Shown: piece after piece, positions 1 to 9,147 of the stretch
How positions within the stretch are numbered: position 1 is the stretch's first letter
Layout of the letters: every line of letters starts with the position of its first letter
Assembly: GCA_000175855.1 (NCBI GenBank)
Contig: ACYB01000024.1
Span: 1-28,497 of the forward strand
Origin: Raphidiopsis brookii D9
GTDB lineage: Bacteria; Cyanobacteriota; Cyanobacteriia; Cyanobacteriales; Nostocaceae
Direction: 5' to 3'
Length of the DNA: 28,497 bases
Made by a program: the position numbers and the translations under genes
Notes under the pieces: model-generated
Seen by the model: only the letters and a program-made list of their open reading frames with translations
Database searches by the model: none
Told to the model about the DNA's origin: nothing

Positions 1-1
1 T

Positions 2-157
2 TTTAGACTAAACATGATGTATACAAAACACTTGTATTATGAAGTCTGTGGAATACAAGCTATGAGTTGTGAAGAATCTCATTACTGGTTTGCCAAGATT
101 AGCAATGGGAAACGCAGCCAAGCTTTAAAAGCCATTAGAGTTTTGTTAGGGGATTAA
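2..157 (+). CDS. Possible 3' end of an unidentified CDS, or a 47-aa ORF starting at the ATG at position 14
   Basis: The frame is open from the window edge to the TAA at 155-157 (...MMYTKHLYYEVCGIQAMSCEESHYWFAKISNGKRSQALKAIRVLLGD*). It is too short for the supplied ORF track. I recognise no family. Confidence 0.2.
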   Translation, partial: FRLNMMYTKHLYYEVCGIQAMSCEESHYWFAKISNGKRSQALKAIRVLLGD

Positions 158-202
158 ATAGTATTAATTCTATTAAGCTCTAAGTATCATAGCTTAGACT
201 AA

Positions 203-622
203 TTAATGGTATGCAAGAATCTCTACTCGATTGCCAGCAGGGTCGCGCAAAAAAAAGCGATCGCAATTTGTTAAGGGTTGACGGTCAGGAATAATATCAA
301 CATTGAGGGTTTCTAAATGCTCCCGAAAAGTCCCTAAATTCTCTACTTCAAAAGCAATATGTCGTCGACTGGGGATATTAGGGATTTCTGGTTCTGTCCC
401 GATATGAACTTGGGTATTTCCCAATTGATACCATCCACTCACACCCTGTAATGATGCAGGTTTTGGGATTTCGGGTAACCCTAACACCTGACCATAGAAA
501 AAGCGCATATCTGCTTCTAATTCAGGAGTAGAAGTAATTTGAATGTGATCGATCGCTTTAAGCCACATATTTTTCCCAGTAGATTCAAAAGTTTTGATTA
601 ATTCTAATCTCCAATTATACAT
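203..622 (-). CDS. VOC (glyoxalase / bleomycin-resistance / dioxygenase) family protein
   Basis: 139-aa ORF with the typical VOC pattern (IDHIQI..., HIAFEVENL..., FFLRDPAGNRVEI). An AGGAG Shine-Dalgarno lies 4 nt upstream of the ATG at 622. An alternative ATG is at 568. Confidence 0.75.
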   Translation of the reverse strand: MYNWRLELIKTFESTGKNMWLKAIDHIQITSTPELEADMRFFYGQVLGLPEIPKPASLQGVSGWYQLGNTQVHIGTEPEIPNIPSRRHIAFEVENLGTFREHLETLNVDIIPDRQPLTNCDRFFLRDPAGNRVEILAYH

Positions 623-626
623 CCAA

Positions 627-646
627 CTCCTGGGTCTTCCCAGGAG
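627..646 (-). promoter_or_regulatory. Perfect 8-bp hairpin (CTCCTGGG-tctt-CCCAGGAG) that contains the Shine-Dalgarno of the VOC gene
   Basis: Read directly: arms at 627-634 and 639-646 with a 4-nt loop. On the minus-strand RNA the 3' arm carries the AGGAG immediately upstream of the ATG at 622. It also lies just after the stop of the 83-aa gene. Confidence 0.4.
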
Positions 647-658
647 TTAGGGAGGAAA

Positions 659-910
659 CTAATTAATTACAATATATCTTACCAATATACTCATAACCTC
701 CCCTAAATTACTAGTTGGTGTCAGATCGCTCCAATCGGTTGCATTGGCATAACCAAGCACGTGTAGATAGTGAATTGTACTAATCACCGTCTTTTTTGAT
801 CCAATCAACAGGTGTTTTAGCGGTTCCCGGTGACTACCTTGTGAAACCACTCTGGAGTCAACCACTCCCGTGTCATCAACATTGCTGATAAAGTTTCTAG
901 TCTGTGTCAT
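659..910 (-). CDS. Small conserved hypothetical protein (83 aa)
   Basis: Clean ORF with AGAGG about 10 nt upstream of the ATG. The motif HYLHVLGYA..DWS resembles small proteins I recall as widespread in cyanobacteria with no assigned function. Confidence 0.5.
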   Translation of the reverse strand: MTQTRNFISNVDDTGVVDSRVVSQGSHREPLKHLLIGSKKTVISTIHYLHVLGYANATDWSDLTPTSNLGEVMSILVRYIVIN

Positions 911-935
911 AATTTATTTACCTCTATGTTGGGGT

Positions 936-981
936 GTAAGGTGATCTTTCCGCTAAGAAATCCAGATCACCTTACTTTTTT
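936..981 (+). terminator. Intrinsic-terminator-like stem-loop in plus-strand orientation (12-bp perfect stem, 16-nt loop, T6 tail)
   Basis: GTAAGGTGATCT (936-947) pairs with AGATCACCTTAC (964-975), followed by TTTTTT (976-981). No plus-strand gene ends nearby. On the minus strand the same hairpin sits about 25 nt upstream of the 83-aa gene start. Confidence 0.45.
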
Positions 982-1140
982 AAGTATAAAACTATTTGAA
1001 CAGATATGCAAGTGGTTTATAGAAAATAATTAATAATTTTTGTAAAACCTTTCGACTTGTCAAGCATAAATGGAAAATGCAAGAATCTCCCACTTACAGA
1101 GTTGGATCTCAAGCGGGGATAAGAAATTTAGTTACAGTTC

Positions 1141-1836
1141 CTATTGGGCCAGTCCATGTTCTAAAGCGAATCTCACCAGCTCTGTACGACTATTGGTACC
1201 AGTTTTGCTAAATAGACGACTAACGTACTTTTCCACATTGCGAACGCTTGTTTCTAACTTGCGAGCAATTTCTTTGTTCATTAATCCTTGAGCAACCAGA
1301 TTTAAGACACTTTGCTCCCTTGGGGTTAAATCAATTGCAAACGGTGGTGGAGTCTGAGATATACCGATCTTAGGACTTAATAAATCCTTAATTTTGGCAA
1401 TCTCATGGGCCAACTTGGCAATTTCTATGTTTTCACTGTCTTCACCCACAACTGTAGTCTGGGTAACACGCTTTTCCAGTAGATTGTTGATAATGGCAAT
1501 CAGCTCATCTGGGTCAAAAGGCTTTGGTAAATAGGCATCTACCCCCGCTTGATATCCTTGAATGCGATCGCTTGTCATACCTTTAGCAGTTAAAAATATA
1601 ACTGGCAGGGAAGCAAATCGGGGGTCATCCCGCAGTTGTTTGAGGAACTGATAGCCATCAACTTGTGGCATCATAACATCGGAAATTACCAAGTCTGGAG
1701 TATTTTGTTGTATTAATTCCCACCCTTCGCGGGCGTTACTGGCAACTCGAACACCGAAACCGCTTTCTTGCAAGTATTCCTTTACAGCTTCGCGTAACCC
1801 CGGTTCATCATCCACCAGTAACAGTTGTGCTGACAT
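1141..1836 (-). CDS. Two-component response regulator, NarL/LuxR type (REC domain plus C-terminal LuxR HTH)
   Basis: The N-terminal receiver has LLVDDEP, the phospho-acceptor context DLVISDVMMP, and LTAKG...KPF. The C-terminus has LTPREQSVLNLVAQGLMNKEIARKL..S..TVEKYVSRLFSK, a LuxR/FixJ-type HTH. Confidence 0.9.
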   Translation of the reverse strand: MSAQLLLVDDEPGLREAVKEYLQESGFGVRVASNAREGWELIQQNTPDLVISDVMMPQVDGYQFLKQLRDDPRFASLPVIFLTAKGMTSDRIQGYQAGVDAYLPKPFDPDELIAIINNLLEKRVTQTTVVGEDSENIEIAKLAHEIAKIKDLLSPKIGISQTPPPFAIDLTPREQSVLNLVAQGLMNKEIARKLETSVRNVEKYVSRLFSKTGTNSRTELVRFALEHGLAQ

Positions 1837-1912
1837 TGAAAATTTCCTTTATTTTACCGTTGACCTAATTACTAATAACTTAGCATATCATTGGTCATCC
1901 TTAGGTTCAAAT

Positions 1913-3217
1913 CTAGAAAGTTTCAGATGGTTGAAGTGGTTGGGCAAATTTGCTGTCCAAGATAGCGGAAACTGCACGAGCGTAATGTGGGTCGCTCAAG
2001 GTTCCAAGCAAATTGGGATTAGTTGCTAACTCTCGTTCCTGAGCTTGAGTTAAATCTAGCTGAATATCAGGTGTAATACCCTTTTTGTTGATATCGGTGC
2101 CTTTAGGAGTATAGTAATGGGCAATGGTGACCGCTAAACCAGAGCCATCAATTAACTCATGAACCGATTGTACCAGGGCCTTACCGTAGGTTTGACTACC
2201 TATCACTACTGCTCGTTTATTATCCTTAAGAGCACCGGTGAGAATTTCACTGGCGCTAGCGGAGTTACCATCTACCAATATGGCCATCGGTCTATTAGTT
2301 AACGCGGTGCCATTGGCTTTGGTTTCCTCACTACCTCCCACTCGATCTACAGTCTTGACAATACCGCCTTGATCTAACCACATCCGCGCTATTTCAATAC
2401 TAGCTTGTAGTAAACCACCGGGATTGCCACGCAGGTCTAATACATAAAAGTCTGCCTTTTGATTATTCAAGTCTCGAATTGCCCGATCCATCTGCTCCGC
2501 TGCATGACTACTAAATTCTTGTAGTCGGATATAACCAATACGACGATTATTATCCCGTTTTAATGCATATCTTACCGTTGGTACCTCAATGGTTGCTCTT
2601 GTTAACTTGACATCAAACAAATTCTTTCCCGGTCTGGATATTTGGAGGGTGATAGCAGTTCCTGCTTGACCACGAATCAAACTAGATGCTTGTTCTATCC
2701 CCATCTTACTGGTGGATTTACCATTTATGGCAATAATTTCATCTCCTGCTCTAATACCCGCTTTATGTGCTGGTGAATCCTGTATGGGTTCTACCACAGT
2801 TAATCGCTTGGTTTGTTCATTGATTTCCATGCGAATCCCTATACCTGTTACCTCACCAGATGTTTGATTAGTCAGGGCTTCAAATTGTTTGGGATCCATA
2901 AATCTAGTGTACGGATCTCCCAGTCTTTGAAGAGCTGATCGGATGGCCACGTAAGCTTCTTGTTTAGATGTGTAGTTTTTGCTTAATAGACCCTGTCTAA
3001 TAGCTTGCCAATTTTGTTGATTGAATTTACTATCAACATAGTCCCGATTTACAAGTTGCCACACTTGGTCTACCAGCGCTTTTGGGCTATCTTGTAAAGC
3101 AGCCTTAACTTGTTTAGTCCATGCTTGACCAAATAAGGAAAGGGTAGCACTGGTGGCAACCATTGTACCAACTAGAGCTACACGCAGTGGTGAGTAGGGT
3201 TTTGCAGATTGATTCAT
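1913..3217 (-). CDS. Carboxyl-terminal processing protease (peptidase S41A, Ctp family) with a PDZ domain
   Basis: Tail-specific protease signatures are present: GIGI..PDZ (GDEIIAINGKS), LDLRGNPGG, and VLVDGNSASASEI followed by GTKSYGKG-like QTYGKALVQ. I prefer the ATG at 3217 (MNQSAKPY..., with a hydrophobic signal-like N-terminus) over the ORF-track start at 3280. Confidence 0.88.
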   Translation of the reverse strand: MNQSAKPYSPLRVALVGTMVATSATLSLFGQAWTKQVKAALQDSPKALVDQVWQLVNRDYVDSKFNQQNWQAIRQGLLSKNYTSKQEAYVAIRSALQRLGDPYTRFMDPKQFEALTNQTSGEVTGIGIRMEINEQTKRLTVVEPIQDSPAHKAGIRAGDEIIAINGKSTSKMGIEQASSLIRGQAGTAITLQISRPGKNLFDVKLTRATIEVPTVRYALKRDNNRRIGYIRLQEFSSHAAEQMDRAIRDLNNQKADFYVLDLRGNPGGLLQASIEIARMWLDQGGIVKTVDRVGGSEETKANGTALTNRPMAILVDGNSASASEILTGALKDNKRAVVIGSQTYGKALVQSVHELIDGSGLAVTIAHYYTPKGTDINKKGITPDIQLDLTQAQERELATNPNLLGTLSDPHYARAVSAILDSKFAQPLQPSETF

Positions 3218-3404
3218 GTAGGTCTTCTCTAATAACATGTGGAGAGGGAGAGTTAAGAATTCGCTTGCCTTACCGCACAATCAACAACCATATTGGTATT
3301 ACCCTGATCACTATTTGCTTTGAAGGCCAAAATTCCCTTCCCATTATACATTATAGCATTTTCTTGAATTGGTGGGGGGTTTTTAAGAAATCTCTTTAAA
3401 ACAT

Positions 3405-5795
3405 TTATACTAAAAGGATAGACTGTATTATAGATAGGGGAACTGTGGTAAAGTAGTCTTTTTGAAATTGTTCTTCTTTAATTGCTGCGCAAAAACAGTC
3501 GATTTTAGTCTTGATATTTCCATAATCCCAACCTGGAGGGACAAATTCATAATCCTCATAATCCATTGAACTAGTAACTGGATTCTGACAATTGATTTTT
3601 AAAAACTCTCCCTCACCATCAACCCTAAACCCTAGAGATTTTAAAGATTCCAATCCCCAATCTAAACTTTGGTCATTGATACCCAATTTCTGCAAAACTT
3701 TTAACCGGGTTGTTTTTTGATTGGTGCGACTCAAAAATTTGGCAATACCCACCAAATTCAACCAAATTTCTTCAGGTGTGTGATAATTGGGCTGTGACCA
3801 AGCCAAAGCTAGATGTTTTTGATGAGAAATTGCAGTTTTCAACCAACCTTTTACCTCATTCCAGCTGGTGGGACAGTGTTTAATGGTCAATATTGAATCG
3901 TGGCAATTTTCACTTGGTTGATTTCTCCAATCTATAATCATTGACGATCTGGGAGATTGAACTTCCAGGTGAATTCCTAGGTCACTGCTAGACCGGACAT
4001 CGATTAATCTGACTTCATGCTCTTCCCTGAGCATATTGAAATCTATTTCCATTATACAATCACATTTTCCCCGGGGTAAGTCATTTTTATTATGTCCCCA
4101 CCAAATTCCAGGAAAACCTTTTTGACTGGAATCATCCCTAAGCACAAATTGGGTTTTATTATATTGAATTTTATTGCCCCGAGAATCTTGTAGATTATGG
4201 TAGGAAATATTTTCAAACCAACAGTTCTTAATTAGTAATTTTGGCACTGGATTTCCCATACCACAGGGTTCCAAAAGTTTCAGCTCTAAAAATAATTCTC
4301 TGCCTAAATCTGCCACAGTTACTACCAGGTCTGCCTGCATTTTAGATATGAGGTTTATTCCCCCTACAGATAATCGGAATTGTTGGTTAATCGCATCGGT
4401 AAATAATTCAATATTTTCCACAGATAAACTTAGTCCAGCAGCAAAGGGATGTCCTCCAAAACGATGCAACAAATGTGCCTGCTTTTGAACTAGTTGGTAT
4501 AAATCAATAGAGTTAATTGAACGAGCTGATCCGCGAGCTAAGTTTGTTTTACTATCTAGCGATTCTGCCTTTTCTGTGCCTAATGGATCTGTACTTAATA
4601 AGATAGTTGGTTTTCCCGTTTCTTGAGCGATTTGACCCGCAACTAAACCCAACACCCCACCGGGCCATTGACTATCTACTAAAACAATCACATTCGTGGT
4701 AGATAAATCTAATTTCCCCAGTTTTTTTATTGCCTGCTCTTGAACATCTTTTTGCAATGATTTACGTCGAGAATTGGCTAATTCTGTCTCTTGTGCTAGT
4801 TGACAACACCGTTTAATATCTCTACTAGTTAATAGCTCCACACAGAAACTCCCATCACCGTGAATTCTGCTAACAGCATTAATACGTGGACCTAATCCAA
4901 AAGAAATATCCATGGCGCGATCGCCATTTTTTCTACACAATTCCAGTAGTTTTTTGATTCCCGGTCTTCTGCTATGTGAGATATCTTTTTTAGATTCTTG
5001 GTGTAATTTATCAATTCCAATTTGAGCCAAATAGCGACAATCACCCTTTAATTGTACCAGGTCAGCAATTAATCCTATGGCAACCAAATCTAATAAATCT
5101 TCCAGGGGGTTTTGTGGTATGTCTGGCAAAGTTTCATATAATGCTTCGACTAATTTATAAGCTACTGCAACTCCAGAAAGATGAAATAATGAATGTGTTT
5201 CGGGTAGGTAACGAGGATTGATAATAGCAGTGACGGGAGGACGTTCGGTTGGTAGGGTGTGATGATCGGTGACAATTAGGTCTATACCTAATTTCTGGGC
5301 ATAAATAATCTCATCAATGTTTGTACTTCCAGTGTCGCAGGTAACTATTAATCTACAACCTTGTTGGGCTAGACGTTCAATTCCGGCAAAATTTAAACCA
5401 TGGGATTCTGTTAGTCGGTTGGGAATGTAATAGGTTAATTGTTCATACTGAGGGAAAAACTCTCCTAATCCATCCCATAGTAGGGCGGTGGATGTAATAC
5501 CATCCGCGTCAAAATCTCCCCAAATCCCTACTTTCTCCTTTAAGATTGCTGCTGCTTTTAATCGATTGACTGCTAAATTCATCTCTTCTCCAAATTCAAA
5601 GGGACTTGCGGGTCGATAGTTTTTAAAATCGAGAAAATTGACCAGTTCTAATTCAGTTCTAATTCCTCTTTGCCATAGGATTTGCGCCACAAAGTTGGCT
5701 TTTGATTTCGATCCATGACGGACGTGATATTCTTTTTGCACTGCTTGCAAAAAATCTTGGGGAATTTCTATGCTTTCCAATAAAATCCACTTCAT
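3405..5795 (-). CDS. recJ: Single-stranded-DNA-specific exonuclease RecJ (long form, 796 aa)
   Basis: DHH-family motifs are present: GDFDADGITS, VTCDTGS, IVTDHH, and DHHA1 GGHPFAAG. The protein continues about 350 aa beyond the GGH motif, longer than the roughly 570-aa E. coli-type RecJ. Confidence 0.9.
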   Translation of the reverse strand: MKWILLESIEIPQDFLQAVQKEYHVRHGSKSKANFVAQILWQRGIRTELELVNFLDFKNYRPASPFEFGEEMNLAVNRLKAAAILKEKVGIWGDFDADGITSTALLWDGLGEFFPQYEQLTYYIPNRLTESHGLNFAGIERLAQQGCRLIVTCDTGSTNIDEIIYAQKLGIDLIVTDHHTLPTERPPVTAIINPRYLPETHSLFHLSGVAVAYKLVEALYETLPDIPQNPLEDLLDLVAIGLIADLVQLKGDCRYLAQIGIDKLHQESKKDISHSRRPGIKKLLELCRKNGDRAMDISFGLGPRINAVSRIHGDGSFCVELLTSRDIKRCCQLAQETELANSRRKSLQKDVQEQAIKKLGKLDLSTTNVIVLVDSQWPGGVLGLVAGQIAQETGKPTILLSTDPLGTEKAESLDSKTNLARGSARSINSIDLYQLVQKQAHLLHRFGGHPFAAGLSLSVENIELFTDAINQQFRLSVGGINLISKMQADLVVTVADLGRELFLELKLLEPCGMGNPVPKLLIKNCWFENISYHNLQDSRGNKIQYNKTQFVLRDDSSQKGFPGIWWGHNKNDLPRGKCDCIMEIDFNMLREEHEVRLIDVRSSSDLGIHLEVQSPRSSMIIDWRNQPSENCHDSILTIKHCPTSWNEVKGWLKTAISHQKHLALAWSQPNYHTPEEIWLNLVGIAKFLSRTNQKTTRLKVLQKLGINDQSLDWGLESLKSLGFRVDGEGEFLKINCQNPVTSSMDYEDYEFVPPGWDYGNIKTKIDCFCAAIKEEQFQKDYFTTVPLSIIQSILLV

Positions 5796-5856
5796 TGTTT
5801 TAAGGTTCTAGTTTAGAGAATAGTTTTAATTTATATATTTTATATATATTCTTAGT

Positions 5857-6651
5857 TTAACATTCTATTTCTGGAATAGGTTGAATATTTGCCCCCGGGA
5901 ATTTCTTTTCGCCCCCATAGTTTGCCTCACCATAACAACGATAGCTATATGGACAATATTCACAAAGTTTTCTATGTTTTGGCTCTTGAGGTAATGGTTG
6001 ATTTTTTTCATACTCCTCTAGCCAAATTGATACCTTTTCCAGGATATGTTTTAATTCATTCTCATTTTTTTTATGCTGCACATTACTATATCTAAACTCA
6101 ATTTTTGTTGACTTCCCTTCTCCTGGAATAAACCAATAGGTCATAGATATATTTTTGGGTAGGTATGTGCTAGTTTCCGCCAGAACATACATGTATAGTT
6201 TAGTTTGCCAATGATTGGCTAAAGACTTGATATATTTGGAGTCTGGTGGTTGACGATAGGTTTTCCAGTCAAATATTTGCGCCTTTTCATTGTTGGCTAT
6301 CAACAGGTCATAAATGACGGTTATTAAATAATCTCCAATTTGTAGATTTCTCGAATGTTCACTTTCTCGAAATGTCTCCCCCTCATTTCCCGGTATCACT
6401 CCAGTTAAATCCAATATTAAACTTTTAAGTCGCTCATCCTCCTCTATAAAACTATCAATCGGTAGTCCCATTGCCTGCTGTTGCATTAACAAGTGAAAAC
6501 GACTACCTAAGATTTTATGCTCTTCCTGTTTAGGGTCTGGGGGTGTTGTTAGCATATCTAAATATGTATGCTGAAATTTCCTGGGACAGTTCTCAATTAA
6601 GTTCAGATGTCCCTGGGAAATTCTGAACAATTCCTGTTCTACTCCTAGCAT
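5857..6651 (-). CDS. Cas4/RecB-like PD-(D/E)XK nuclease with a 4-Cys (Fe-S type) signature
   Basis: There is an N-terminal Cys (ENCPRKF) and a C-terminal CEYCPYSYRC. The nuclease core is IYDLL ... FDWKT (D...D-x-K) and QTKLY (QxxxY). It lies 61 nt downstream of recJ on the same strand. Confidence 0.75.
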   Translation of the reverse strand: MLGVEQELFRISQGHLNLIENCPRKFQHTYLDMLTTPPDPKQEEHKILGSRFHLLMQQQAMGLPIDSFIEEDERLKSLILDLTGVIPGNEGETFRESEHSRNLQIGDYLITVIYDLLIANNEKAQIFDWKTYRQPPDSKYIKSLANHWQTKLYMYVLAETSTYLPKNISMTYWFIPGEGKSTKIEFRYSNVQHKKNENELKHILEKVSIWLEEYEKNQPLPQEPKHRKLCEYCPYSYRCYGEANYGGEKKFPGANIQPIPEIEC

Positions 6652-6719
6652 GTCACTGAGTTTTACTTAGGTTAGTAGGGTTATTAGATCTGATTATACC
6701 ACAAGAGTTAGGGAGCATG

Positions 6720-7538
6720 TCAATTGCTTACTTTAGCTTTAAACTGAGCTACAAAGGGACTAAAAGTAGATTCAACTTTTGTATCGCTTATCACTAATGT
6801 AGGAAAAGAGCGATCGCCATAGTCTACACCCGACAATAGGGGAAAAGGCGCATCTTTCACAGATATCCAAGTACCACCAGCGGCCTGTAAAATCACCCAA
6901 GCGCCAGCAATATCCCATACTTTAGGGGTGGCTTCCATACCTGCTAAAACTGCTCCGCTGGAGACGGTTAAAAAATTATAACTAGCAACTCCCAACATTC
7001 TTAACTTACAAGGAAAACCCGGTTGAATTATGCCCGTACTACGAGAACAAAGATTAAAAAAATGATTACTAGTGACTTCTTCCTTACTGGTATGAATAGG
7101 ATGATTATTTAAAAATGCCCCTACTGGTGTTTGTAAACCGGAATCTCCAGGCCAAAAACCATGAAATCTTTGATTTAAAGGTGGGACAAAAACATAACCA
7201 AAAATGGGACTTCCTCGGTAAAGTAGACCGAGGGAAATTGACCAAATGGGAATACCTCTGGTAAAGTTAGTGGTGCCATCTAAAGGGTCAATTACCCAAC
7301 ACCAATCTGTACCGGGGAAGACGTGATCACCCTCTTCGCTTAAAATACCATAACCAGTAAAATTAGCAGCGATCCCATCTCTAATTGCTTGGTCGGCCCA
7401 CTGATCAGATTGGGTGACCAAACTGCCATCAGCCTTTTGAGAGGCGTGAACCTTGCCAAAGTCGCGCATTAATTGTTTTCCCACCTGACTGGTTATGTCT
7501 TGGGAAAAATCTAAAATTGTGTTCCAAAAATCATTCAT
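6720..7538 (-). CDS. Inositol monophosphatase family protein
   Basis: IMPase motifs are present: ILSEEG, WVIDPLDGTTNF, and WDIAGAW near the C-terminal third. The start is 3 nt downstream of the stop of the preceding MFS gene, so the two are probably an operon. Confidence 0.88.
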   Translation of the reverse strand: MNDFWNTILDFSQDITSQVGKQLMRDFGKVHASQKADGSLVTQSDQWADQAIRDGIAANFTGYGILSEEGDHVFPGTDWCWVIDPLDGTTNFTRGIPIWSISLGLLYRGSPIFGYVFVPPLNQRFHGFWPGDSGLQTPVGAFLNNHPIHTSKEEVTSNHFFNLCSRSTGIIQPGFPCKLRMLGVASYNFLTVSSGAVLAGMEATPKVWDIAGAWVILQAAGGTWISVKDAPFPLLSGVDYGDRSFPTLVISDTKVESTFSPFVAQFKAKVSN

Positions 7539-7541
7539 TGG

Positions 7542-9008
7542 TTAGTCTAGATCACTTTCCAATACGGAAGCCAAAACTTGTTTGCTGTTTTGTTGAAATT
7601 CTACCACATTCACACGACGCAACAACCAAATTGCCAACAGCATTCCCATAGCTTGAAGTGCGAACACCATCCCGTAGGCCAATGTGGGAGATGTAAATAC
7701 TAACTTACCTATATTTAACACTGTACCACCTAAAACCGTTGCCATACCTCTAGCCATAGCCTGAGATAATCCCCAAGCTCCAACAAAGGTTCCAGCTGTC
7801 TCTGTTGCTGTTAAATCTAACATCAAATTAGTAGCACCCGTTGTAATTACACCAGAGGCTAAACCAAAAAAGAACAGACTACCCATTAATAAACCAGAGT
7901 TTTGGCTAACCCCCGCCATAATCATCAAGCAGAAACTCATAGCAGCACCAATACAGCCAGTTTTAGTAGTTTGTTTTTTGCCTAATCGAGGTATAAGTAA
8001 AAATCCAGTGGAACCAATACCCAGAAGAGTCCCTATACCAAAGGGAATATTTAATCTGGTGGTCTGGGAAATACACATTCCAAAAACCTCTCCACCATAG
8101 GGTTCTAGAATTGAGTCCTGCATAAAAATACTTAGGGTCAACACCATTAAAAACCCAAAAAATATACCTGTTTGCCGATTGGCTGTGAGAATTTTTAGTG
8201 CTTTACCCAAGGTAATTTGGTCTTCCCTTTCTACCATATTGCCACGTATTCCATAGCGGGAATATTTTTTTTCTATACCTAATGTGGCCAGTAGGGTGAG
8301 GACAAAGACCGCCCCAGGTAAAATGATAAATACTGGGTTAATAGTTGTTTGCAACTTGCTAATATCCACCAATTTATTCATCTGAGATGGATCGTATGCT
8401 AACAAAGCAGTCCCGCAAATTTCCGGTCTTTCTAACAATCTAGAGCTGATACTGGCCCCAATGACAATTCCCATCATTAACATGGACCAGACAACGGCAA
8501 TCAATTTGGGGCGGTCATCTTCATCAGTAATATCCACTAAAAGAGCAGTGAATGGGGTAGAGCTGGCACTCAATGCTAACCCATACATACCAAATGTTAA
8601 AGCTAATAGTGCTGACCAGCTATAGGTTTGTAGACCCCAACCAGTATTTTGCAAACTGGTCCCCAATTGCCACACTACTTGTAAAGCTACAAAGGAAATG
8701 CTAGTAAATAGAGCTGCTCCAATCCAAACATATCCAGAGCGATGATATCCAAAAATCCTCTGACTATCCGATTTTTGACCAAACCAAATTCTAGCTGGAC
8801 TGACGAATTGGTGCATTGCGATCGCCCCCGCTGCAATAAAGGGCAAAATCGTTAGTTCATCAATCATGACTCGATTTAATACACCTAATGTCAAAAGAGA
8901 CATGATACCCAGACCCATCTGAAACAAACCTAACCTGACCATAGTCAAGAAACGTATCTTCGGGACTTTAATAGGATCTTTAGATATGCTCAGAATATCA
9001 TCCGTCAT
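7542..9008 (-). CDS. BCD/PucC (LhaA)-family MFS transporter
   Basis: 488-aa polytopic membrane protein with about 12 hydrophobic segments. The N-terminal RLGLFQMGLGIMSLLTLGVLNRVMI is characteristic of the PucC/bacteriochlorophyll-delivery family found in cyanobacteria. Confidence 0.75.
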   Translation of the reverse strand: MTDDILSISKDPIKVPKIRFLTMVRLGLFQMGLGIMSLLTLGVLNRVMIDELTILPFIAAGAIAMHQFVSPARIWFGQKSDSQRIFGYHRSGYVWIGAALFTSISFVALQVVWQLGTSLQNTGWGLQTYSWSALLALTFGMYGLALSASSTPFTALLVDITDEDDRPKLIAVVWSMLMMGIVIGASISSRLLERPEICGTALLAYDPSQMNKLVDISKLQTTINPVFIILPGAVFVLTLLATLGIEKKYSRYGIRGNMVEREDQITLGKALKILTANRQTGIFFGFLMVLTLSIFMQDSILEPYGGEVFGMCISQTTRLNIPFGIGTLLGIGSTGFLLIPRLGKKQTTKTGCIGAAMSFCLMIMAGVSQNSGLLMGSLFFFGLASGVITTGATNLMLDLTATETAGTFVGAWGLSQAMARGMATVLGGTVLNIGKLVFTSPTLAYGMVFALQAMGMLLAIWLLRRVNVVEFQQNSKQVLASVLESDLD

Positions 9009-9147
9009 AATTTGTTTACAAATAACTTAATGAATATTTTTTTAAAATTATTAACCACTGGATCCACCGGTGCAAATTTCAGTTTTTACCTAGCTCAGAC
9101 TATAGCTTAGTTATAGCTTATAAGCAAAATTTAGGTAAATTGCTTGC

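Noticed and set aside
1070-1291. A 73-aa plus-strand ORF overlapping the 3' end of the response regulator
   Set aside because: It is antisense to a well-supported CDS and has no motifs.
1889-1912. tRNA-like GGTTCAAATC (T-loop-like) sequence between the response regulator and ctp genes
   Set aside because: The flanking bases do not form a T-stem (ttagg versus ctaga), and no acceptor or anticodon arms can be drawn.
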